A DNA stretch of 39,275 nucleotides from Intoshia linei. Lineage: Eukaryota; Animalia; Orthonectida. Below the pieces are notes generated by a model. That model had not been told where the DNA came from, did no database searches, and saw only the letters and a program-made list of their open reading frames with translations. A program made the position numbers and the translations under genes. The DNA lies in NCBI GenBank assembly GCA_001642005.1, contig LWCA01000217.1, positions 1-39,275 on the forward strand, written 5' to 3'. The stretch's first letter is position 1, and each line of letters opens with the position of its first letter. Shown in pieces: positions 1-8,796 of this stretch.

Positions 1-347
1 CAGTAAAAAAATTGAATTGTAAGTTTGATGATTTTGGAGTGTCAGTATAAAAATCAAAAATATAGTTTTTGAAAATTGAATGTAATTATGTCAATCCCTT
101 TAATATCTCTCTTGTCTTTATTATTATCCTTGTGAGGTTAATAATTAGGTTAATCTGATGAAATACTTTATATAATAATATCATCCACTACAGACCCCAG
201 TTAAAACTGAAATATTAAGATACCATATTATACCTACAAACCAAATTACAAAAAAATTATAAATATTCTATGGTGTTCACACCAGAGAATAATTTTTTAT
301 GAGAACAAATTGTTAATTAATTAATTGTTAACAAACATGTTAATTAA

Positions 348-551
348 TTGTGTCAGTATTTTACTTTAATTATTTTTTTAGTATTGTATATGGTTTGTCA
401 GTATTTTAGGTGCATTTACTTACAAAATAATTTTTTTTACTGCCCTTCCAATTTAAATACTGACAATAAATTATTTATACTGACAAACCATCTATAATAT
501 TAAAAAATCAATGTTTCTACTGACAAACCAATAAGAAAAATACTGACACAA
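348..551. repeat. Imperfect inverted repeat built from a reiterated TACTGACA motif (probable MITE remnant)
   Basis: TTGTGTCAGTATTT (348-361) pairs with AAATACTGACACAA (538-551). ATGGTTTGTCAGTAT (~389-403) pairs with ATACTGACAAACCAT (477-491). Further TACTGACA copies at ~458 and ~518. Confidence 0.5.
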
Positions 552-564
552 TAAATGCACGCCT

Positions 565-770
565 AAAAAAAATTGTACTCTTGAATATCATAACTGTTCT
601 GTGTGTTAAATTTAAAATATCAAGTCAAGAGCCTTAGAAAGGTCATTAGGACTATGGAAACTATTAGGAACAATGCATAGTATGCAAAAAAAATTATGGG
701 TCTATTTTTCATTTTGGGGTGGCTGCGAGATGGGTAGGTTCGGCTCTGCCCACGGGTCTGGAATCGACAG
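565..770 (+). mobile_element. Dispersed repeat family A copy (non-autonomous TIR element, probably hAT-like)
   Basis: Shares the core GAATATCATAACT...TGTGTTAAATTTAAAAT..CAAGTCAAGAGCCTT and the terminus GGTAGGTTCGGCTCTG with copies at ~17020-17190, 17408-17896 and 21240-21595, and a partial copy at ~12775-12925. Confidence 0.6.
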
Positions 771-2069
771 TTTAAATTTGATAAAAATCTTTATGATATT
801 CAAAAATAAAATGTTTGTTTAAATGATCAATTTGGAAAAAAATAGCCATCTATTTTACAAAAATTGCATCGATCCCAAAAGAGGGACCACGGTGCGGTAT
901 ATTCCGTTACATCATTGATATTTACGATTCTTAGTTTTCATTTTCAATTTACATTTAACATTTTGTAAATTGAAAAATTTTGGCTGATAAAATGTTTTAA
1001 CCGAGAAGATGCAAATTTCTGATGATGAAATTTTTTGTCAATATAAAATGAAAGAAAATTGTATTGGAATTACATTTTTTTAATTCCAGGTATTTTAATT
1101 ATTTACTACCTGTCAATATTTTTCCAGTAATAATATGTAAAATGTTGGGTAAAAATAATAATTTGAGATTTTATTAAAATATTTTTAGTCATGAAAATTC
1201 AAATTTCTAAGAATCAAATGTATGATAAAATATTCACGGGAAAAAGCTGTATTAAAATCTGTGTTTTAAAAAATTATACAAATGTTAATTTTAAAATACA
1301 CAGGAATACAGAGACAGACATTCACGTTTATGTAATTAACTGAAAAATTTGATAATATAAGTATATAAACAAATAATTTATTTTATCATGATTCATGAAT
1401 AATAAATAATTAGTACAAAATATTTTGCATACCTCCTGGGAAATTGTACGGACACTCAGAGGTCCGTGAACCACAATTTAAGAAACACAGATCTATCTGA
1501 AACTTAACATATTAAGCAGATGAGGATACCAGACTTTAACCACTCTTAGTTAAACATAATGGATTTTTTCTGTCTAACCTTGTTCCGTTCCCGCTCAGTG
1601 GTTTCCGATTGGTGGTCCCTGGACCCATTGGGTCCAAACTATGTGCCTGGGTCGTGAAATTCAAATAAAATATCAACTTTTTTTATTTTACATTGTTAAT
1701 AGGATAATTTTTAATATTTATTACAGAGTTCTCAGATATTGGAAATTTATATAAAAGCCATAAAAATGTATTTTCATTAATTCCACATCAGTAATTTGCA
1801 TCCACACGAAAAAAGCAAATTACGATTATCCTAGCTGAATTTATCATTACATATTCAAATCATCATGTTTGAAATTTCATTCAAACAAACATGTAAAGAA
1901 TTAACTTTAAAATTCCCCAAATAGTAACTAAACAATAAAAATTACCAAGGGGTTTAATAGAATTAATTTCAGCATGGTAAATAAAACTTTGATTGTGAAT
2001 ATTCCAATAAAAATGAGAACATTCACCCTTAAAAAATAATTTTGACTGTGAATTATAAACACTGGTATT

Positions 2070-3227
2070 CTAAAAAAAATTATAAAAATAAAAAAAGTAA
2101 AAAACCACTAAAGCATTGGTAAAAATGAAATAAATCCAATTAACAACAAAAATCAAATGTTTACAACAAGTTGTATCTTTAGAAAACACCTTTGAATCAA
2201 CAAAAATATAATTTTTAGAGGAAATAAAATAATAGGCAATGATGGACAATATAGGAATATGTGGAATAAGTAAATACGATAATTTAAACCTTGAATGCTG
2301 AGTTTGACTATTTGCAATTTTTTGAAATTCATTAAAAAGTGTTTGAATTTCAAATAAATTACAAAAATCAATAAGAATAGTATACAAAGATAAATCATGA
2401 ATATTATCGACTGTTGGTTTAAAATGATTTAATTTTTTTGAATCTCGCATAGATTTCTTTGAATCCTTAAATGATTCAGTCGACTTTTGCAACTCTTGTA
2501 ATTTGCGAACATTACTTTTAGAATGACCTTTGGAAGATTCATGTAAATACAAAACATTTTGACACTCTGACAAAGATTCCATTAGTGAATGGGCAAATGA
2601 TTTAATACATAAAACATCCTGGTCCAAATAACCTTTGCAAAGATCTTGCAATTCATCTTTAATAACAACATTTTGAATGCGATTCAAATTTGAAATGTTA
2701 TCTGCAGTCTCAACTAGATTATCGTAATGACTTTTTATCAAATTTAAAGAGTCGTAAGAGTTTGAGAGGGAAAATGAAGATAAATTTTCACCAATACTAA
2801 AATTTTCAGAGTTTAACAAATTTTGTTTTGTATAAATTTTACTTTCATTTACATTGGAATCTTGAATGTCCATTATCAATGATATCCATGATCTGCGTTC
2901 ATAGATATTTGAACATTTAAAACGGAAACACACAGTATTAACTTTGGATACGATAGCAAAGCTGACCAAGTCTTCTTGACTCACTTCTACGACAGCTTTC
3001 GTTAAATCTATGTAACCACGTGCTCTAAAATTTTTAGTGTCGTTTTTTTCATAATATTTTAGAATTCCAGTTTTTTTGTATACTACTACCCATCGTTTTT
3101 GGTATCCTGAAACCACATTTGTGTATTTTAATAGCCAATTGGAAATAATAGAGTTTGTTGGTGCACCAACGTTTTTTGCACATTTACCTATTTCAAATCC
3201 CATTGCATGGTCCACAAGTCGGTTCAT
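2070..3227 (-). CDS. ORP10/ORP11 (OSBPL10/11)-like N-terminal PH domain plus coiled coil, followed by hydrophobic putative TM segments; no OSBP-related domain seen
   Basis: PH motif WLLKYTNVVSGYQKRW...GILKYY...RGYIDL..AVV...ED..SF...ERRSWIS and the helix LDQDVLCIKSFAHSLMESLSECQNVLYLH resemble ORP10/11. The ORF-ending TAG (2070-2072) also looks like a splice acceptor after a poly-T tract. A 36-39 nt intron from 2105 or 2108 would add an in-frame ~62-codon exon ending near 1881. Confidence 0.8.
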   Translation of the reverse strand: MNRLVDHAMGFEIGKCAKNVGAPTNSIISNWLLKYTNVVSGYQKRWVVVYKKTGILKYYEKNDTKNFRARGYIDLTKAVVEVSQEDLVSFAIVSKVNTVCFRFKCSNIYERRSWISLIMDIQDSNVNESKIYTKQNLLNSENFSIGENLSSFSLSNSYDSLNLIKSHYDNLVETADNISNLNRIQNVVIKDELQDLCKGYLDQDVLCIKSFAHSLMESLSECQNVLYLHESSKGHSKSNVRKLQELQKSTESFKDSKKSMRDSKKLNHFKPTVDNIHDLSLYTILIDFCNLFEIQTLFNEFQKIANSQTQHSRFKLSYLLIPHIPILSIIAYYFISSKNYIFVDSKVFSKDTTCCKHLIFVVNWIYFIFTNALVVFYFFYFYNFF

Positions 3228-4114
3228 TTGATTGTATAGTTAAGTTTATTCTTCATTTATAAATATATAATAAACTTATATTCCATTTTGCTGCAATATC
3301 ATTAAGTATTTTATTGAAATTTAATTATATTAATTGTACAGTATTATAAATGTAATTGTTTGTAGTTTCGTTTTTATCTATTTTGTTGTAATATATTTTA
3401 CTACTTCAACAACTATATATACTACATACTACATCAACTATATATTTTATTAATTTTTAAAATGTTATGTAAATTGGTTTAATTTGGTAGATTTTTATAT
3501 ACTAAAATTTAGACTCTAAATGTAATCGATTTGTTTAAGTTCAATAGGTGAATACAATTCATAATTTCGTATTTCAATCTTTTTGAAGTGAAGTTTCTAT
3601 TGATTTAATATTAGTTCTGTTGAGCACTTACAGACATGTTTCCAATAATTACAATTTGCAATTTTGTTGCATTTATTAAAATGTTGTTTTTAGGATAATT
3701 AACCACCCAAGGCCTATTGATTCCCTTTTGGCCGGATTGATGGAAATTTTGTAGAATCATTTTTGCTACAATATATTTCAGGGTATGCATATATTTCTCT
3801 ACATTTGGATCTGTTTGAAAATTAATACTTTTGTTGCTTGAAGCACATTTAATATTTTTGAAGGTTATTTTATCTGAAAGAATTAATCACATTACTCATT
3901 TTTTCTGTCATAAGATTTTTGATTTTGGAATTTCGATATCATTCGATTAATCATCACTCAGATGTTGGAATTAAGTTGGGTTAATTTTGAAAAATTTGTT
4001 AAAATGGATAAATACCAGCCATTCGACTCCGATTTTTGAGTTGATTCTAATCCATATATCCATAACACCAAACGATTGAAATTTATTTGCGATTAAAATT
4101 TTTACATTCCTACA

Positions 4115-4316
4115 CAGAGCCGAATCTAACTCGAGCCGCCGAAAATAAAAACATATCACAAACGATGCTATTGACTTGAAATTTTAAATTTAACACAAAA
4201 AATAGTTATGATGATGAAGATTATAATTTTTAATCCTCAATCTGCAAAAATGAAGTCACTATTTTAAAAAATCCGTCGAGGCCCGAAAAGGATCTTCGTA
4301 TGTAGACTCGGCACTG
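4115..4316. mobile_element. Short family A TIR element (MITE)
   Basis: Left end CAGAGCCGAATCTA; right end TAGACTCGGCACTG (reverse complement CAGTGCCGAGTCTA). Same terminus as other family A copies. TSD degenerate. Confidence 0.55.
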
Positions 4317-4829
4317 TTCTCACCGCAAGCGTGGCGGTAGATATCGGCCACTTATACTGTTAAAATTAAAAGGATGAAAATTTTAATTGTGGAGTATAAT
4401 TAATAATTATGAATTATTCACTGAGATACCATATTTAAATTAAGTCGAAAAAAATGAGAAATAAATGAATATTACATATTATGTTGTACTAGTATAGTCG
4501 GAGCATTAGAGAGGCAGCCGTAGGCCCCTATAAAATTATTAAGAAGAATGGACCTCTATTGATTTATGGGCATTGCTGAATCGATCGTTTATTATCTATA
4601 AATTAAAATGTAACCGTTGAAAATCGCATTGGTTATCGAAATTTTGGTGTATGTAAGAAATTTTCTAACATTATCTATTAATATATTTTAAAAGTAGGTC
4701 CTAATGATTGTAGGCGGGTCATATGGACCCTAGCCCATCTCCACGCTTTTGAGTATAGTAGATAATGTTTATTATGCATAATAAGAGATTTTAATGCTGA
4801 AAAATAAAAAATATAAGACCAAGTAAGTA

Positions 4830-5280
4830 TATAAACAGTTAAAATTTGGACATTCTCCATTTTTAATATTAATGATATTCATTATTGCCTGACCTAGTCT
4901 TCTATTTTAAATATATTCTAAAATGTAAACTATAATAATGTGATCGCTGATCAGTGTTAAAATATTATTGAAATACTTCGCCTTTATGACAGTTAATTCA
5001 ATTTATTGGTCAAGCGTGAAAAGTTTATTAGTTTCACTTTATAATTTGAGTAATCTTTTAAAGAAGATTAAAATTTTGCACATGTTCATTTTAATATTAA
5101 TCATCTTATCGTTGCCTGATCGAGTCGTCTACTTTGAATATATGCATATATTCTAGCTATAGTAATATGATTCACAATCAAAACACGTAGGAGAGGATAC
5201 GCCTTTATGTAACTATTCTTTAAATTTATTGGCCAAGGGTCAAAATGTTTATCGGTTTCCTCTTATACATGACGATATAA
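4830..5280 (+). repeat. Degenerate ~230-bp tandem duplication upstream of microgene copy 1
   Basis: TTGCCTGACCTAGTCTTCTA...CGCCTTTATG...ATTTATTGGTCAAGCGTGAAAAGTTTAT (~4885-5030) recurs as TTGCCTGATCGAGTCGTCTA...CGCCTTTATG...ATTTATTGGCCAAGGGTCAAAATGTTTAT (~5112-5252). A third diverged unit lies at ~7355-7510. Confidence 0.65.
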
Positions 5281-5355
5281 TTTAGATAAGCTTAAATTTT
5301 CATTCTTCTATTTTTTTAGTTTTAAGTCTGTTTAATATTTATAATAATTATTAAA

Positions 5356-5597
5356 ATGGCTCAAGGTAGTGATTTTTATAAATATTTTGAATTAAATTAT
5401 AGGTAATAATCAAATTTTTCGAGATGAGGACGAGAAAAAAAACTTGTCAGAAGATACGACAATAACAGCAAACGCAGAGACTGTCGAGGCAGTTGAAACG
5501 ACGGTCCCAACGACCACACCGGTAGAACCGACATGTGATAACAACACAGAGAGTAAATTGTTACAATGTAGTTATTAATTTTTATTTAGGTTCATAA
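5356..5597 (+). CDS. Spliced acidic Thr/Pro-rich microprotein, copy 1 (55 aa, MAQGNNQIFRDEDEKKNLSEDTTITANAETVEAVETTVPTTTPVEPTCDNNTESS)
   Basis: AAAATGG start. Exons 5356-5365, 5403-5552, 5590-5597, separated by two 37-nt GT-AG introns. GC-rich exon 2 in an AT-rich background. AATAAA at 5654. Frame and splice sites are conserved in copy 2. Confidence 0.7.
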
Positions 5598-6532
5598 GAC
5601 ACTTTGGTCACAACTAATCTGATATTAAATATTTATTTGTAATCTAGCCTTATAATAAAGCTTTATTTAATATATTATTTCATTTTTCGCCGTTTATCAT
5701 TTTGATTCCACATTTCTACTGTTTAATTTAAAAATTAATATAATATTAAATATTATTATTATCATTATGAACAGGTACAAATATAATATATATATATAAA
5801 TATATAATAAATATAAAAAATAAATAATAATAATACATAATAATTAAATTTGTATAATGTGCACAAATTGTATTCAATTTCGAATGACGACAATGAAAAA
5901 TTGAATATAAATTCAGCAAGTTTTACTCAACTATAATTATAGTAATTATAATTACTAATCGTACATTTTTTACAAATTATTTTTAATAAAAATTTAATCC
6001 GACTTTTAGGATTTTTGAAACAAAAAAATATAAAATCATAATAACAAATATTTTTATTTGGTGAACTTAAATTTAGTAAAGAATATTTAATGTATGATAA
6101 AATATTGAAATTTTTGGTGTTCATTTTATCATTAATAGTAAACCAAAAATGTTAATCAAAAAATGGTCAATATAAAAGTTTCATACTTATTTTTAAAAAT
6201 TTATAAAAAAACTCAAATTTTCGTGCGGCGCACCGGTTAAGAATCACTGAGTTACATAGTGAAAAATATTTCAATACGAAGATTAATGTTTGATAATGTG
6301 GAATAAATTAATATTAATAGACATATTTTTGAGTTGATATTTAATAAATAACAAATGTAATAATATTATTGATAATAACATTTAATATTTTATTAAGTAT
6401 GAAATTAAACAGTAAAAATGTGGAAGCGAAATAATAAACTGATCAAAATATAAAATATATAAGATAAAGCTTTATTATAAGGTTAAATTAAAAAGAAATA
6501 TTTAACATCAGATTAGTTGTCACCAGAGTGTC

Positions 6533-6771
6533 TTATGAACCTAAATAAAAATTAATAACTACATTGTAACGATTTACTCTCTGTGTTGTTCTCACATGTC
6601 GGTTCTACCGGTGTGGTCGTGGGGACCGTCGTTTCAACTGCCTCGACAGTGTCTGGGTTTGCAGTTGTTGTCGTATTTTCTGACAAGTTCTTTTTCTCGT
6701 CGTCATCTTGAAAAATTTGATTACCTATAATTTAATTCAAAATGTTTATTAAAATCACTACCTTGAGCCAT
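6533..6771 (-). CDS. Spliced acidic Thr/Pro-rich microprotein, copy 2 (54 aa, MAQGNQIFQDDDEKKNLSENTTTTANPDTVEAVETTVPTTTPVEPTCENNTESS)
   Basis: Inverted paralog of copy 1. Same two 37-nt introns (first 6725-6761). The only coding indel is an in-frame 3-nt deletion. AATAAA on the minus strand at 6471-6476. Confidence 0.7.
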
Positions 6772-7607
6772 TTTAATAATTATTATAAATATTAAACAGA
6801 CTTAAAACTAAAAAAATAGAAGAATGAAAATTTAAGCTTATCTAAATTATATCGTCATGTATAAGAGGAAACCGATAAACATTTTGACCCTTGGCCAATA
6901 AATTTAAAGAATAGTTACATAAAGGCGTATCCTCTCCTACGTGTTTTGATTGTGAATCATATTACTATAGCTAGAATATATGCATATATTCAAAATAGAC
7001 GACTCGATCAGGTAACGATAAGATGATTAATATCAAAATAAACATGTGCAAAATTTTAATTTTCTTCAAAAGATATCTCAAATTATAAAGTGAAACTAAT
7101 AAACTTTTCACGCTTGACCAATAAATTGAATTAACTGTCATAAAGGCGTAATATTTCAATTTAATTCAGGATTCCTGAACTATTAAGGCATTATATTGCA
7201 AAAAACAATGCAATCATTGATTGAAATAATGGATAAAATATGAGACACGGTAAGATTAACATGCCATCAATTATAAACCTATTGTTAATTAAGCATATGA
7301 AGTTGTAACATTTCATACGTGTCAACGATTAAAATTAATTTCAGTCCTTTACTTCGTCCTTGACCGAGTCTTCTAATTTAAATATGCCTAGATTTCAACT
7401 TTAAAATTAGAGAACAATATATTATTGTATTAAAATACACGAATGAACCCCCTTGCACGACTAATCCAATCTATTCGTTCAGCGTGGAAATTTTGATTGA
7501 TTTCTCTCTATAATTAATTATAAAATTTGAACAAGCTTAAATTTTCATTCTTCTGTTTTTGATTTCAAATTTGTTTAAGCAATTTAATATTTCTAGTAAT
7601 TATTAAA

Positions 7608-7800
7608 ATAGCTCAAGGTAGTAATTTTAATGAATATTTTGTATGTAATTATAGGTAACATTAACATTTTTCGATATGAAAATGAGAAAAAGAACCCCAG
7701 AGACTACTGTCTCAACGACAACACCGGCAGAATCTGCCTGTGAGAACAGAGTGTAAATCGTTAAAATGTGGTTATTAATCTTTTATTTACGTTTATAAGA
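7608..7800 (+). pseudogene. Microprotein family copy 3, pseudogene
   Basis: ATG replaced by ATA (AAAATAGCTCAAG|GTAGT). The 37-nt intron 7618-7654 is retained. A frameshifting internal deletion follows EKKN; PETTVSTTTPAESACEN survives in another frame. The second acceptor AG is mutated to AC. AATAAAGCTTT retained at 7847. Confidence 0.7.
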
Positions 7801-8451
7801 CTCTGGTAAAATTCTATTCAATATTAATTATTTAATCTAAACAATTAATAAAGCTTTATTTAATTCATTATTTTGTATATCATATAACAAGATGAACAGA
7901 CAATGCACATATTGAATATATCAGTAGAATCAGATATAATGAGATTATGTAAATTGAAAATATACTCTAACGGAGCATATAATGATTTAAATTTCACACA
8001 TGTCCAATGGATCATGCAATAAAATCTTAGATTTTACAAGTAAATTTTTAATTTTGACTCAATGGAGTTTTAAAATTCAATCTTCGACATAAGAATGTAG
8101 TGGTGCATTGGTTTGAACATTAAAGAGTCACCATTAAGTAATAATATTACATATTGAGCCATGTTAAATTAGTGAGTCCTTTATTAAGTTATGGTTTTCC
8201 TGTAAAATACACATTAGTAATTTATTGAGGTGTATAATTAAGAACTAAATAAACAGCGTTGTCCAAGGACCTAAAAACAGTTGGAAACCCAGTTTTGTGC
8301 CTCGGTAATACACTGCACTACCATGACTATAATGCAAATGGTTGATTAAACAAAATGATTATGGGTTGCTTGTCATTAATCAGATTATTCAAATAATCCA
8401 AAAATTAATTAATCATTTTGATATATTTTAATTTTGCGATAAATAGTAAAA

Positions 8452-8670
8452 ATGTTTCAAGGTAATAACTTATATATTAAGTGTACTAATATTAATATTA
8501 ATACAGAAAGAAACGATTATAAATATGACAAAAATAATCCAGCTGATGCTACCTCTATGTCAACCGAATCGGCTCAAATAGAAGAAACCAGACCAATTGA
8601 GATTGAACCAGTAAATGAAAACGATGGTTCATATAATATATTAGATTATTTTACAATATGGTCCATTTAA
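8452..8670 (+). CDS. Microprotein family copy 4, divergent (57 aa after splicing: MFQERNDYKYDKNNPADATSMSTESAQIEETRPIEIEPVNENDGSYNILDYFTIWSI)
   Basis: Same 10-nt first exon pattern ATG NNN CAA G|GTA. 45-nt phase-1 intron 8462-8506. Collinear acidic/Thr/EP composition. AATAAACTTT at 8682. Confidence 0.6.
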   Translation: MFQGNNLYIKCTNININTERNDYKYDKNNPADATSMSTESAQIEETRPIEIEPVNENDGSYNILDYFTIWSI

Positions 8671-8796
8671 CCGTAACGTTAAATAAACTTTTCAAATTAT
8701 TCGATACTTCAGTTTACTCGTAAATAATTTATATTTACAACATATTTAATTTCTTAACACTATTTGGAGTGTTTAATGAAACTGGATATACAAAAA

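Larger units (their letters stand above)
4967..7160. repeat. Large inverted segmental duplication (arms ~4967-5765 and ~6365-7160, ~600-bp spacer)
   Basis: Direct reverse-complement comparison of the arms. The mirrored ORFs 4968-5156 (+) and 6971-7159 (-) are nearly identical. About 5133-5376 matches the other arm with no mismatch. Confidence 0.95.

Noticed and set aside
1440-1660. Isolated hAT-like ends (also ~6225-6249, ~20050, ~36650-36675)
   Set aside because: No matching partner end or TSD could be paired, so boundaries are unsupported.
3600-3870. Open minus-strand frame upstream of the PH gene
   Set aside because: No consistent splice model or recognisable homology could be built.
4968-5156. 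62-aa ORF and its mirror at 6971-7159 as protein-coding genes
   Set aside because: TTG starts, AT-rich composition, and located in the duplicated upstream module. Their similarity is explained by the inverted duplication.
5245-5365. Alternative upstream exon giving a signal peptide (MFIVCLIFIIIIKMAQG)
   Set aside because: It needs a weak AAG acceptor at 5326 while skipping a stronger TTTTAG at 5319, and it is not conserved in copies 3 or 4. Not excluded without 5' RACE.
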